Below, one piece after another: positions 17,732 through 28,304 of a stretch of 64,000 bases of DNA (its first letter is position 1; the number at the start of each line of letters is the position of its first letter). Under the pieces are notes generated by a model, which was not told the origin of the DNA, ran no database searches, and was given only the letters and a program-made list of their open reading frames with translations. The translations under genes and the position numbers were made by a program. Source of the stretch: a virus; IMG/VR virus record IMGVR_UViG_3300032173_000002, positions 36,373 to 100,372 of that record. The stretch is one strand, 5' to 3'.

Positions 17732-18370
17732 GTGATTACTGTCCTTGTCTTGAACTCCTTCTCTAACTACCTGCGGGATGATGTTCTCAATATAGAACCC
17801 ATCCACGGCTATATACTGGGAGACACGATCTATACCTGGAGTGTTGAGAACTTCCAGCTTGTCAGAAAGCATGTGGTAGAGCAGGATGAAGAGAGGAAAG
17901 CCTCTGGAATTCCCTATTGGTTAGTCTTTCTCTGCTCACGGAGTAAGATAGATGTGAGCAAATTACAGGCTCGTCATTTCCCTAAGAAGGTCTGGGCCAA
18001 TTCTACACAGGAGCCAGATGTAATGAGTTATGAATACCGCATGGCGAGCCTGGATTTCAAGCTGAACATCTATTCCAATTCTATTAAAGTAGCAGAAGAT
18101 GTAGAGGAAATCATTCTGGCCAGGCATGTGGATCATCCAATAGAGGTAACTGTTCCTGGTCTGTTTGATGATCTAAATAAGCCACTAATGGCCGATGTAA
18201 TGGATTTCAAGGTGGATGCTCTTCAGAAAGGGGACTCTTCTAAAGCAGGTACTATGGTCTACCTGCAGTGCTCTGGCGCTTTGCACTATCCTTTGTTATT
18301 GTCCAATGAGGTTTTGCCTCTGATTACAAATATCGTTACGACTATCAATTTCAAAATAGATATGGAATAG
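17732..18370 (+). CDS. Probable tail terminator / completion protein
   Basis: Position before the sheath gene. Confidence 0.45.
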   Translation: MITVLVLNSFSNYLRDDVLNIEPIHGYILGDTIYTWSVENFQLVRKHVVEQDEERKASGIPYWLVFLCSRSKIDVSKLQARHFPKKVWANSTQEPDVMSYEYRMASLDFKLNIYSNSIKVAEDVEEIILARHVDHPIEVTVPGLFDDLNKPLMADVMDFKVDALQKGDSSKAGTMVYLQCSGALHYPLLLSNEVLPLITNIVTTINFKIDME

Positions 18371-18383
18371 GGGAGGTGATTCC

Positions 18384-18602
18384 ATGAATAAACCGAGGAG
18401 GCCTTATGTTTCTCTGGATTCTCCTGGGGAGGTAAGTGGGGGGTCTCAGTTTGTGATTCTGAAGTCCAAACGGAATCACAATATCTACATTATGTATGAT
18501 GGGAGTACCCTGGTGCTTCCCCCTGGGGGGAAAACTTCAAAGCTGGAGGCTTCGAAGTTGGGGACGATTCCAAGTGGTGTTATCAAAATCGAAGTGAAGT
18601 AA
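18384..18602 (+). CDS. Small virion-associated hypothetical protein
   Basis: SD GGAGGTGA; precedes the sheath gene. Confidence 0.55.
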   Translation: MNKPRRPYVSLDSPGEVSGGSQFVILKSKRNHNIYIMYDGSTLVLPPGGKTSKLEASKLGTIPSGVIKIEVK

Positions 18603-18632
18603 CTTTACAAGTGAACCGGAGGTGAGAACAAT

Positions 18633-20228
18633 ATGCTAGGCAATGTAACGATATCAGAAATCTCTCTCGATACAAGGGTGCCGTCTTTTCCTGGTGCCTA
18701 TGGCTATATCGCTGGACCTTTCAAAAAGGGTCCGGTGAATCAAGTTACCTTGGTGACCAGCGATGCGCAATTCCTTCGTCGGTACTCCCCAAACGAGAGG
18801 GTAGAAGTGGGATATGATCTCTCCTACTTCTCTGCATTAGCCTTTTTGCAGAAGTCAGATAAATTACAAGTGATCCGGGTAGCTTCGGGCTCCCTGTATG
18901 GAGGAGTGGAAATCTTTGAGAAATCCGGATCTTCTAATCAAGGTGTGGCAGGGATGATTGATCCCACCGGAGAGCTTGAGGGGAGCGAGCCATATACATT
19001 CTCCTCTGGTGCGACTTTGCTACTGTATGGGGCTAATCAGGGCGACTGGAATAACGAGATTGGTGTGAGGATTTACAACTACGCAGAGAGTCCGGATGAA
19101 GTGAAGGAGCCCAATGCTTTCTTGATCGAAGTTTACAAAGGAAGTTCTAAGAAGGAAAGCTGGGTAGTATCAAGGCAGGAGGACCATGTAGACGGGTATG
19201 GAAGGAATATATTTGTTGAGACCCTCTTGGAGGGGAGTGAGTACATTCGGGCAATCAATAATGATGCTCTTGATTCGGATACTTATCCCTATCCAAAGGA
19301 GCAAACAACAACTCTTGCTTTGACTGGTGGTGATGATGGAGGTACAGTAACTGATTCTGAGTTAATTTCCGCATTAGATGTCCTGACGGAGAGCGTACCA
19401 GTTACCCTCTTGATGGATGGTGGTCATGCAACTGCAACTTACCATGATGCCTTGCTGGATAAGGCGGAGGCAAGAGGGGATTGCTTCGCTATTCTGTCTG
19501 TACCTTATACAGCAGTGGCTAGCGCAGATTACATGACGGAGATTCAAACCTATCGTCAGACGACTCTGAACGCAAATACATCATGGGGTGGGTTATGGAC
19601 ACCGGATCTGTATCTCTATGACAAATTTAACAACCGCTCTATCTATGTGTCGCCAGATGGCCACATAGCTGGGCTGATCTCCCAGAATGCGGCCAGGACG
19701 GAGCTGTGGTATGCAGCAGGGTTCGCTGGAAACAAGGCACAGATCTCCGTCCAAGGTCTCAGGAGGTACTTGACCAAAGCTGAGGGAGACACATTGTCTA
19801 ACTATGGGGTCAACTGTATTATGTTTGCTCCAGGTCGTGGAATTAGACCCATGAGCCAGTTGACCTTGCTGTCCAGACCCTCTGCTTTGGATCGTGTCAA
19901 TGTGAGACTGATGCTGATTGTGATTGAGCCAGCAGTGAAAGTTGCTCTGGAAGACTTCTTGTTTGAGTATAATGATGAGGATACCAGAGCAAGAGTTGTA
20001 GCGACCTTGGGAACTTACATGCTTGCCATCAGGGCTCGTAAGGGAGTCGCTGATTTCCAGATTAAGTGTGACTCTGACAACAACTTACCTTATGATATTG
20101 AGAATCATATTCTCAATGTGGACTTGCTGGTCAAGCCGCTGCTCACGGTAGAGTTTATCAAGTGTAATGTGGTGATTACGCCTCAAGGGATGACCTTCAG
20201 CGTCGCTGAAGAAATGATCCGAGGTTAG
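18633..20228 (+). CDS. Tail sheath protein
   Basis: GPFKKGPVN, LTGGDDG, RGDCFAIL, DRVNVRLMLI, FLFEYND motifs. Confidence 0.92.
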   Translation: MLGNVTISEISLDTRVPSFPGAYGYIAGPFKKGPVNQVTLVTSDAQFLRRYSPNERVEVGYDLSYFSALAFLQKSDKLQVIRVASGSLYGGVEIFEKSGSSNQGVAGMIDPTGELEGSEPYTFSSGATLLLYGANQGDWNNEIGVRIYNYAESPDEVKEPNAFLIEVYKGSSKKESWVVSRQEDHVDGYGRNIFVETLLEGSEYIRAINNDALDSDTYPYPKEQTTTLALTGGDDGGTVTDSELISALDVLTESVPVTLLMDGGHATATYHDALLDKAEARGDCFAILSVPYTAVASADYMTEIQTYRQTTLNANTSWGGLWTPDLYLYDKFNNRSIYVSPDGHIAGLISQNAARTELWYAAGFAGNKAQISVQGLRRYLTKAEGDTLSNYGVNCIMFAPGRGIRPMSQLTLLSRPSALDRVNVRLMLIVIEPAVKVALEDFLFEYNDEDTRARVVATLGTYMLAIRARKGVADFQIKCDSDNNLPYDIENHILNVDLLVKPLLTVEFIKCNVVITPQGMTFSVAEEMIRG

Positions 20229-20244
20229 AGAAAGGAGGGTAGAT

Positions 20245-20817
20245 ATGCCGAGAGTTCAGATTGATCAGATTAGAGGAAGTGGGCAGGTAGTTACAAACTA
20301 TAACTGGATGATAAAGATCCTCCGAAAACCTGCGATCCCGTTTCATGTTCCTGGGGATCTGATGCTAGACTTTCGCTGCGTCACAGCAACTGAGCCTGTT
20401 TACTCTGATGCAACTCCAATGGAGCCGACAATTAGGGGACATACAATTGCCGTCCCAGGGATGGTTAAGTGTAGCAGGGATTTTAAGATCACTGTACTTG
20501 AAACTGCAAATCTGGATATGCGAAAATTGTTTGTCCCCTGGTTACAGGCAACTTACGACCCCATTACAGGTATTGCTGGACCGGATTTAGCGGTTACAGC
20601 GGATATCATGCTTGTTCGGATGAACAGGCATGATATCCCATTGTGGGAGTTCGTAATTTTCTATGCCTTCCCCACGAGATTTAGTGACGGAGCAAATGCG
20701 TTCGCTAATGGGGCTACTCCTGGGAGCATTACTTGCGAGATAGACTTTGCTTATACCTACTTCAAGCAAGGCCTGTCTACGCTGTCTGTAGCAAGTCCTG
20801 TTCCTGTGGTGCTGTAG
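20245..20817 (+). CDS. Tail tube protein
   Basis: Follows the sheath gene; gp19-like size and AFPT...FAY pattern. Confidence 0.75.
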   Translation: MPRVQIDQIRGSGQVVTNYNWMIKILRKPAIPFHVPGDLMLDFRCVTATEPVYSDATPMEPTIRGHTIAVPGMVKCSRDFKITVLETANLDMRKLFVPWLQATYDPITGIAGPDLAVTADIMLVRMNRHDIPLWEFVIFYAFPTRFSDGANAFANGATPGSITCEIDFAYTYFKQGLSTLSVASPVPVVL

Positions 20818-20919
20818 CCGATTTTCTTAGAGAAGCAAAGGCAGCACCCACTTTACTTTACCCTCTTTTGCCCACTCGCATCGCTACTGTCTAAACTCCT
20901 TTCTCAAGGAGAATACCCT

Positions 20920-21444
20920 ATGGCTGTTCCCACAGTTGAGCAGATCAGAGCCGTCGGTCGGTATCGGGTGAACTATCTGTGGAATGTTCAGTTCCCGACA
21001 AGCCCGTTCTCAGACTGGTTTCCAGCGACTTCTGTAGATGAGGATGTAGTGGAAGTGGAATCCTATTCCTTTAATGGATTTCTCCACAAACACTCAATCC
21101 CGTCTTCTGGCTTTTCAGAGCCAAGAAAAGTTAGCATAACTTTCCTGGATGCAGAGGATATGAGATTATTCAACTGGCTAACGAACTGGATGAAGAATAC
21201 TATCTTGAATGGAGGCAGAGGAGTAAGTCCTCTGGCGGATTGTGTCAAACCTGTGTTAATCTCCCGATTGGCAAATCAGAATGAAGTCGGGAAGTCTTCG
21301 TGGAAAGAACTCTCCACTGCTACATACTATGTCTATCCAGTTGGTAAAATCTCATTTGAGGGGAAGTCCACTGAGGGGAAGTCCACAGAGCTCAGCTTAG
21401 TGTCTTACAAGCTGGATTTTGTTGTAGTTCATGTACTGGAGTAG
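20920..21444 (+). CDS. Tail tube-like protein (second tube or initiator)
   Basis: N-terminus paralogous to the tube gene (EQIR...NYLW versus DQIR...NYNW). Confidence 0.6.
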   Translation: MAVPTVEQIRAVGRYRVNYLWNVQFPTSPFSDWFPATSVDEDVVEVESYSFNGFLHKHSIPSSGFSEPRKVSITFLDAEDMRLFNWLTNWMKNTILNGGRGVSPLADCVKPVLISRLANQNEVGKSSWKELSTATYYVYPVGKISFEGKSTEGKSTELSLVSYKLDFVVVHVLE

Positions 21445-21459
21445 AAAGGAGCTTGTGTA

Positions 21460-22350
21460 ATGCCCAAGGTGGTGCTGAAGGAGAAGAAGGCTATACTTAC
21501 GAAGGAACCCACCACTGAGAAGCTTTCCTGGATAAAAGTCAAGGGAGCTATCCCTTCAAAATGGTTGCCATACCCGAAGGGCCTGGAGATTTACTATCGT
21601 CCTTACACTCATGGCGATCTGCTCCTGTTTAATCAGACGAATCCAGATGGTAGCCCAGTAATGGATGCTGTTCAGAGGATAGAGTTTGTAATGAAGGGAA
21701 TTGATGTAGGAGGTGCTCCATTCGATAAATGGAGCATCTCTTATAGGGACTTTTTGTTCGTTTCGCTTTTGCGCAGATTATCTACCTTTGACACCAATCA
21801 GTTTGTTATGGCTTACAAGTGCTCAGTATGCGGTGGAGAGAATCAAGCAATATTCTCCCTGGAGCAAGTAGATATTATGGATGTGGAAGTGCCTGCTCTC
21901 CCTGTAGTATATACGACCACAGAGGGAGAAGTGCTCCATTTTTCCTTGCTCACGGTGGGAGGTTATATGCGCCTACTGAAGGAAGGAAACTTGAAGGATG
22001 AGTTGGCTATTCTTTCAGAGATGCTAGTCAACTTTCAGGATAGGGAGAAAGCCTACAAGATCCTGTACGATGCAAGGGGGAAGGGTGGACAGGACATAGA
22101 GGCTTTGATAGAGATCAATACCATGCTTCTGACTGGGATTAAGCCTCTGGAGCACAAGTGTCAATTTTGTCTGAAGTTTAATGAGGAGGAGGAGCAGAAG
22201 GAGAAGAGCACACCGGGATACTCTGCTTATTTTCGTGATCCGACAAATTATCTTAGTTTCTACGACCCAGAGGTGGTCGTATTTCCCTTTCGTCAACCTG
22301 ACGACACTTTTAGAAATCGAATTCGCTTTGGCTTACAAGGGAATCGTTGA
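21460..22350 (+). CDS. Baseplate hub / tail assembly chaperone (gp26-like)
   Basis: IPS..LPY...YYRPYT, CSVC and CQFC pairs; lies before the tape-measure-like gene. Confidence 0.7.
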   Translation: MPKVVLKEKKAILTKEPTTEKLSWIKVKGAIPSKWLPYPKGLEIYYRPYTHGDLLLFNQTNPDGSPVMDAVQRIEFVMKGIDVGGAPFDKWSISYRDFLFVSLLRRLSTFDTNQFVMAYKCSVCGGENQAIFSLEQVDIMDVEVPALPVVYTTTEGEVLHFSLLTVGGYMRLLKEGNLKDELAILSEMLVNFQDREKAYKILYDARGKGGQDIEALIEINTMLLTGIKPLEHKCQFCLKFNEEEEQKEKSTPGYSAYFRDPTNYLSFYDPEVVVFPFRQPDDTFRNRIRFGLQGNR

Positions 22351-22447
22351 TGCTTGGAATATCAAGGAAATGGATTTTCAGGAAGTTACTGCTCTGTATG
22401 ATCGCTTGAAGAAGCAAATAAAGGAAGAGAACCCGAATGCCGGATGA
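22289..22447 (+). CDS. gp51-like chaperone extension, probably reached by +1 frameshift
   Basis: FALAYKG...IKEMDFQEV..LYDRL lies in the +1 frame with no SD-supported start; TTT CCC TTT CGT C at 22282-22294. Confidence 0.5.
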   Translation, partial: FVNLTTLLEIEFALAYKGIVDAWNIKEMDFQEVTALYDRLKKQIKEENPNAG

Positions 22448-24860
22448 GATAACAAGAGAGAGCATCAAAAGAGAAGCTAAGGAAATGGCCTCGCAGCTAG
22501 CAGAGGATGTAGCTGCTGGAGTTGGTGATGCCCTGACTGGGGCCTTGGGAGTTAGAGCTTTGGAGAGTTCTTTCGCAGAGTTGGGAAAGAAACTGGGAGA
22601 GACTCTCACTAAGTCTTTGGCTGAGGAAGCAAGAAAGTCTCCTATCAGTAGGGAGATTCCCGGAGTGGTTTCCCCTACGGGACTTGGAACAGAGTTGGAG
22701 CATTTTCGGGAGCAGTTAGAGAGGCTTGTAGTCCAGCTAAGAAGTACGATTGATCTTCTAAGCAAGTCTGGGACTACCCTGGTTGGCGAAAGAGAGATGG
22801 GGCAGATACGCCAAGTGGCTGAAGCCATTCTGGAGAGGCAGGGGATTACTCCTGAGACTGCAAGGAGTTTTGTAGATACGGTCAAGCAGGTTCAAGATAC
22901 CTTGGGCCAGATGGGAGAAGAACAGAAGCAGTTTCAGGTAAGCATAAAAGATATTTTCGATGTCTATCATAAAATTCTTGAGGATCACCGAATTTCCTTG
23001 GATGTCCAGAGAGATTTGATAGAGGATGTCCAGCGATATATGTCAGGGGAGGAAACTCCGCTGGCCCGTGAGATTAGGGCTTTCGATGTTTCCCAATTAG
23101 ACAAGGAGAAAGTTAAGGAATTCCTGGCTCTGATTGACCGAGCGAGGGAAGAGGAGTCAGGGGAGTTGAAGGGCACTTTGGAGGAGCTAAATCAAACTTT
23201 CCAGGAAGCTTTCCTCACTCCAGGAGAGACCAGAGCTACTTGGTTTGAGAGAGTTCGATCTGCTGGGAAGCCTTTTGTCGAGGCTTTCGTGGAGGCTCCG
23301 GGGAAGTTTACTATCGGAAAAGATATTCGTGCTGGGTTGATGGATATGTTATTTGGTGGCATGGGGTTAGGGCCTTTGGCAAGAGAACTCAGGCTTCCAG
23401 AGAGGATGGAATCTTTGTGGGGGGTGGGAGTAGGAAAGATCCGGGAGCTTGCGGGAGGAATGTTCGGGAGAGGGGGACTATCACCAAGTGAGGAGATTCG
23501 TGAGACGAGAGAGGAAGTTAAAAGAGGTTCAGAACAGATACTGAAGACCATAGAATTGAAGGAGAAGAAAAGGGAGCTTACAGATGGAGAGCATCGGAAG
23601 AATATCCAGGCAATACTGAAACGGGTCCATGCTCGACCTTCAGAGATGGTTCCTGAGATTGAGGAGTCTGCTGATATTGCCGCTTCCCCAAAAATGATAG
23701 AACGCTTGGGTCCTCGTTTTACTGGCTGGTTGACCAAAATGTTCCCTGGCTTATCTCAAATGCTCATGGGAGGTGGACTGGCTGGTGCAGCTTTGACAGC
23801 TGCGGGGGTTGCCGCCACGATTGGAATGTATGTTACAGCAGCAAAAACAGGCCTCGAGGCAAAGAAAACACTGGAAGACATAGGCAAGGCTAAGGAAGCT
23901 AAAGCAGTAGAATATGCGACAAGGGACATCGGTGGACTTACTGCTATGATGGAGTCTCGAAGGGATTCTGGTGCGATTAGTGTAGATGTAAACCGAGCCA
24001 AGTCTTATGGAACTTATCAAATGAATGTGAAGGGAGAGTTACCTGGGTTTGTAGCGAGATATGGAGAGAAATTTGGATTGACTGCTCCGCTTGGTGAGAA
24101 AGAGTTCGATGTCCAGTGGAGAAAGGCTTATGCAGAAAGACCACAGGAGTTTGCAGCCAGTCAGCACATGTATATGGTTGATGTTCCCTATACTCGCCTG
24201 ACCAAGCATATGAGGGGCAAGGGGATTGAAACTGCGGGGAAAAGTCGTCTCGCTTCTGCTATCTTTTCTGTTTCTACAACTCATGGATTTGAGGGACAAA
24301 AAATAATTGTAGAAGATGCGATTAAGTTTGCAAAAGAGCAAGGATTGAACTTCTCCGACTTACCAGAGGATAGACAGATTGATATTCTTTATTCTGCTCG
24401 TAGTGCTTATGTATCCAGAGCTCGTGGAATACCTGAAAAAGCGAAGCCTGAGCTGTTAGATCGTTTTAAGAGGGAGAAAAGAATCTTAAAGGGAGAAGAG
24501 ATGGCACCTGTAAAAGCTCCCGTTCCATCTACAGTGGCTCCTACTCCATCTGTAGGAGCTCCTACTCCCTCCGCAGTGGCTCCAGGAGGAGAGTATATCT
24601 TACCAATTCCTGCTGGTGAAGAGTTGAGGCCGACTGCATTGTCTCCGACCAGAAAGCCTGCCACAACGATTACTGCCACCCCAACTCTAGCGAGAGAGCC
24701 CGTGGAGACTGTACCAGCGTTGGTTCCTCCTGCTGCTCCGCCTTCCGAGGCACCTGCTCCTCCTCCAGTTACTATGCCTTCTATCGTTCATATTACTGAG
24801 AGACGAAAATCTATTGACGATTATGGGATTGCAATTGCTAATCTTGGCATGTGTTCGTAG
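22437..24860 (+). CDS. Tape-measure-like protein with a peptidoglycan hydrolase domain
   Basis: Helical N-terminal part, hydrophobic Gly/Ala segment, ES...GAIS...SYGTYQM lysozyme-like motif, Pro-rich tail. Confidence 0.75.
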   Translation: MPDEITRESIKREAKEMASQLAEDVAAGVGDALTGALGVRALESSFAELGKKLGETLTKSLAEEARKSPISREIPGVVSPTGLGTELEHFREQLERLVVQLRSTIDLLSKSGTTLVGEREMGQIRQVAEAILERQGITPETARSFVDTVKQVQDTLGQMGEEQKQFQVSIKDIFDVYHKILEDHRISLDVQRDLIEDVQRYMSGEETPLAREIRAFDVSQLDKEKVKEFLALIDRAREEESGELKGTLEELNQTFQEAFLTPGETRATWFERVRSAGKPFVEAFVEAPGKFTIGKDIRAGLMDMLFGGMGLGPLARELRLPERMESLWGVGVGKIRELAGGMFGRGGLSPSEEIRETREEVKRGSEQILKTIELKEKKRELTDGEHRKNIQAILKRVHARPSEMVPEIEESADIAASPKMIERLGPRFTGWLTKMFPGLSQMLMGGGLAGAALTAAGVAATIGMYVTAAKTGLEAKKTLEDIGKAKEAKAVEYATRDIGGLTAMMESRRDSGAISVDVNRAKSYGTYQMNVKGELPGFVARYGEKFGLTAPLGEKEFDVQWRKAYAERPQEFAASQHMYMVDVPYTRLTKHMRGKGIETAGKSRLASAIFSVSTTHGFEGQKIIVEDAIKFAKEQGLNFSDLPEDRQIDILYSARSAYVSRARGIPEKAKPELLDRFKREKRILKGEEMAPVKAPVPSTVAPTPSVGAPTPSAVAPGGEYILPIPAGEELRPTALSPTRKPATTITATPTLAREPVETVPALVPPAAPPSEAPAPPPVTMPSIVHITERRKSIDDYGIAIANLGMCS

Positions 24861-24869
24861 GAGAACAAA

Positions 24870-25661
24870 TTGGCTATCCTGAGAACAGAGTTTATCGAAG
24901 ATACAATCAAGAATCCAAATGCTAGGGTTCAGATCATAGCAGATGGAGCAGGAGTGAATGTAATTAGCTGGCTTACTCGACCACTTCAGTTTACACAGCT
25001 GGGCTCCACTTGGAAAGCACCATTTGAGTTTACCCAAGCCCAAGGGATTCTCACAAATTTATACAATGTGTTCGCTCGGATGGGTGGCCTCCCGCAAGGA
25101 AAAATGGAATTACCAGCGCAGACCATTGCCTTCTGGGGAGGTAGTTCCAGACCGATCATAATCGCTGAACTCATGTTCGTTTCCTATATGAAGGGGGAAG
25201 ATCCACGACAGCAAATACTTCAACTCATAAAGTGTATAGCACCCACTACATTAGAGCTTACTATTCCCATCTTAGGCAAGGTCCAAGCAACTTACCAGGC
25301 CCCTCTTGGCTACGCTGGTGGTGCAGGTAGAACAGCTACCAGTGGGGCGACAGGGACAGTCCAGTTGAGTATTGGACAATGGTTCTGTGCTCGGAATTTG
25401 CTGGTGAGTTCTGTTAGCCCTGGTTTCTCTATCCAGACTACAAATGAGAACTGGCCTTTGTATGCTACTGCTACCGTAAACTTTGAGCCCTATATGATGC
25501 CCACTTTTAATGACTTCTGTGGCTGGTTCAAACAGCCAGTACAAGCGGAATCTACGCCCGGAGAAATAGTGGGTAAAGGCTCAAGAGAAGTTGGTAAGGA
25601 TATAGTAAAAACTCCCTGGGGTGGAGTAATCCCGGAGAAATGGGGGGAGGTAGGTCCGTAA
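24870..25661 (+). CDS. Baseplate / tail-tube junction protein
   Basis: Synteny. Confidence 0.5.
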   Translation: MAILRTEFIEDTIKNPNARVQIIADGAGVNVISWLTRPLQFTQLGSTWKAPFEFTQAQGILTNLYNVFARMGGLPQGKMELPAQTIAFWGGSSRPIIIAELMFVSYMKGEDPRQQILQLIKCIAPTTLELTIPILGKVQATYQAPLGYAGGAGRTATSGATGTVQLSIGQWFCARNLLVSSVSPGFSIQTTNENWPLYATATVNFEPYMMPTFNDFCGWFKQPVQAESTPGEIVGKGSREVGKDIVKTPWGGVIPEKWGEVGP

Positions 25662-25663
25662 CT

Positions 25664-26002
25664 ATGTATTATATCAATTCGGATTTGGAAGGAAATAGAT
25701 TCGACTTGGCTCGCTTCTGTGCTTTTACCGAAAGCATCTACGACGACTTGGACTCATACTTTATGAGTGCTCTTCTGAAAATTCCTCCTGCAGGTGTTTA
25801 TGTAATTCAGAAGGAGAGTAATCGTCCGGATGCTCTATCTTTCACTCTTTACAGAGACACGCAGTATTGGTGGATTCTACTCGTCTATAATGGAATGATT
25901 AGTCATGAAGAGCTTACTCCAGGGAGAACTATTAGTTATCCCTCTTTGGATCAGCTTGAAACTCTCTACTTCCAACTAAATGCAATGGGTTCCTCTGTAT
26001 GA
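25664..26002 (+). CDS. Baseplate wedge protein (gp53 / LysM-like)
   Basis: RPDALSFTLYRDTQYWWILLVYN motif. Confidence 0.8.
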   Translation: MYYINSDLEGNRFDLARFCAFTESIYDDLDSYFMSALLKIPPAGVYVIQKESNRPDALSFTLYRDTQYWWILLVYNGMISHEELTPGRTISYPSLDQLETLYFQLNAMGSSV

Positions 26003-27135
26003 TCGGCGTAGAAGGTCAGTATGTATTGAAATTCAAAATAGGTAAGTTTGACGACTTCCTTGCAGAGAGTGATTTGGAAGAGTTTACGATCATTGAAGAA
26101 GCTGGGAATGTCCTTCCCACCTTTGATTTGCTGTGCCGGGTTCGCTTTCCTGAAGTGATTGCTTATCTGAACGAGGGAAATATATTAGAAGCTGCTTTTG
26201 GTCAGAGACAATCGGAGATGATTAACTCCCGACTGCTGATAATGAACAAAGAGCTAATCGGGACAGGTTTGAGTCTTTATACAGTGAGGCTGAAAGGAAT
26301 TTCCTGCTATCCTGGGTACCTATCCGACAGCAAGACAAGAGTGTTGGGACCAATGTCGGCTATTGAAGCTGTAAGTCAAGTTGTTAGATCCTGGTTCAAG
26401 ACGAACTTTAATGTTTCGTCCTCCCAGGATAACCAACGATGGTACCAGGTGGGTATTTGCGACAAGCTATTCATAAATCACCTTTGGATTCATGCTTGGC
26501 TACCTAATTCCTTTCCCGCTGTGGGTATCACTTGCGACGGGACATTTGTCCTGAGAGATGTTAGAGTACTGGCTGGACAAAAATACAAATGGAAACTCGT
26601 TCCTTATACTCCAGTGAAGAATGAGGAGATTGGATTTAGCGGGGACTACTCTGTAAAATCGGAGTCTGGATTCTATAATCAATGGATGGGTTACGGTCGG
26701 GAGCGCCATGTATTGAATCTGGACACCGGAGATGCGAAGGTTGAATCACCTAATCCTATCGGGCCTATCCTTCCAGTTGCTTCCAAATTGGATCGTTACG
26801 GACAAGTTCAGAGCAAAAAGGATGAGTCCGGTTTCCTTAGTGAGAATGTAGATCCCAACTACCACAAGGCATATCTTCAGAATCTCTCCAGCTTAGCTGT
26901 TTTTTCCTCCACCGGGATTGAAGTGAGTTACGCAGGGAGATTCAAGAATACCAGGGTGCTGGATCTAGTAATGGTTACTGACAAGGACATAAGGACACCG
27001 AGTCAAGCAGCCGAGGCGCAGTCTGGTCTATATCTTGTTGGAAGGGTGACCAGGACTTTTACTAACAAGACCTTGGATACTTCGTTGAGACTTACAAGAG
27101 AGTCACTAAGCCAGATGAAGGGGGAGTTTAAGTAA
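25999..27135 (+). CDS. Baseplate hub protein
   Basis: Synteny; SGLYLVGRVTRTF C-terminal motif. Confidence 0.6.
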   Translation: MIGVEGQYVLKFKIGKFDDFLAESDLEEFTIIEEAGNVLPTFDLLCRVRFPEVIAYLNEGNILEAAFGQRQSEMINSRLLIMNKELIGTGLSLYTVRLKGISCYPGYLSDSKTRVLGPMSAIEAVSQVVRSWFKTNFNVSSSQDNQRWYQVGICDKLFINHLWIHAWLPNSFPAVGITCDGTFVLRDVRVLAGQKYKWKLVPYTPVKNEEIGFSGDYSVKSESGFYNQWMGYGRERHVLNLDTGDAKVESPNPIGPILPVASKLDRYGQVQSKKDESGFLSENVDPNYHKAYLQNLSSLAVFSSTGIEVSYAGRFKNTRVLDLVMVTDKDIRTPSQAAEAQSGLYLVGRVTRTFTNKTLDTSLRLTRESLSQMKGEFK

Positions 27136-27252
27136 AACCTCCTTAAAAACACCCTGAATTTCAGTAGAAATGCCCCTTAAAACCTATTTTCTTTTCTTAC
27201 CCCTAATTTTTCCTTGGGTAGTGCTGTTAATTAGTGGAAATGGGAAATATCT

Positions 27253-27915
27253 ATGCTGATCCAGTTACCTGAATGGCTAAAGAAAAATTTCGATTTGAGG
27301 CGTCTCCACGAGGGTACTGTTCTGGACAATAATGATCCACTCATGCTGGGGAGAGTCAAGGTGACAGTACCCGGAATCTTGGAAGGAAGTTCCTCTGACT
27401 TGCCCTGGGTCTACCCAATGACTCCCACCTTCTTGGGAGGCGGTCAGGGGAGCATAGCATTCTTCGTTCCAGAATTAGACTCCAAGATTGCCGTATGGTT
27501 TCCAATGGAGGAAGTCTATTTTGGTTTCTACATTGGTCACTTTCATACCCAGTCTGCTCACGAGAGCCTCTTTGAGGAAGACTATCCTAACAGCTATGGA
27601 TTCAAGGACTCCGGCGGCACTTACCTTTTAGTCAACAAGACCCAGGGTTACTTAAAGGTCTTTCATCAGTCTGGCTCTTCCATCGTCATTTACAAGGAAG
27701 GAAAGATAGAACTGCAAGGGAAGGCTAACATCCTGGTCTCGGCGGATGGGAATGTGGAAGTCAAAGCGACTGGGGATGTATCCTTGAGCACTCAGATGGG
27801 TAGGATTCTGCTGGGAGGAGATTTCGCAGTAGCGGGAGTAGTAACTGAAAATAGCTATTGTCCACTTCGAGGGACTCACTCAGGTGCAGGGTCTACTACC
27901 GTGAAAGCAATGTAA
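27253..27915 (+). CDS. Baseplate spike (gp5 / VgrG OB-fold)
   Basis: NNDPLMLGRVKVTVP...LPW...FFVPE motif. Confidence 0.85.
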   Translation: MLIQLPEWLKKNFDLRRLHEGTVLDNNDPLMLGRVKVTVPGILEGSSSDLPWVYPMTPTFLGGGQGSIAFFVPELDSKIAVWFPMEEVYFGFYIGHFHTQSAHESLFEEDYPNSYGFKDSGGTYLLVNKTQGYLKVFHQSGSSIVIYKEGKIELQGKANILVSADGNVEVKATGDVSLSTQMGRILLGGDFAVAGVVTENSYCPLRGTHSGAGSTTVKAM

Positions 27916-27924
27916 GGAGTATCT

Positions 27925-28299
27925 ATGAGCATTTACTCTGATATTAGACAGGATACTGGATTAACAGCCACAGTAGAAGATGAAGAGGCAATGGGCCAGG
28001 CGCTTGCTATGCTTTTGCTTACAGAGCCTGGGGAACGCCTGTTCATGTCGGACTACGGAGCAGGCCTGGAGAGCTTGCTATTCGAGGTAATGGATGAGAC
28101 CACCGCAAATCAGATTTATGCGAGAGTTATGGGATCAATTGAGCGGTGGGAGCCCAGGGTAATTTTGATGGAGAATCGTTGCTCGGTGACTCCCGACTAC
28201 GATAATCACTCTTACACAGTAAATCTGGTATTCATGATCGCTGGTCTTAGTGGGCAAAGGTTTGAAAAGCAATTTTCCTTGTCTATGCAAGGAGGTTAG
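27925..28299 (+). CDS. Baseplate wedge protein (gp25-like)
   Basis: LLTEPGERLF...YG...LLFE...IERWEPRV. Confidence 0.9.
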   Translation: MSIYSDIRQDTGLTATVEDEEAMGQALAMLLLTEPGERLFMSDYGAGLESLLFEVMDETTANQIYARVMGSIERWEPRVILMENRCSVTPDYDNHSYTVNLVFMIAGLSGQRFEKQFSLSMQGG

Positions 28300-28304
28300 C
28301 TAAT

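Noticed and set aside
21358-21390. 15-bp tandem duplication (EGKST x2), and a similar one near 60626-60656
   Set aside because: Simple in-frame slippage duplications with no further structure.
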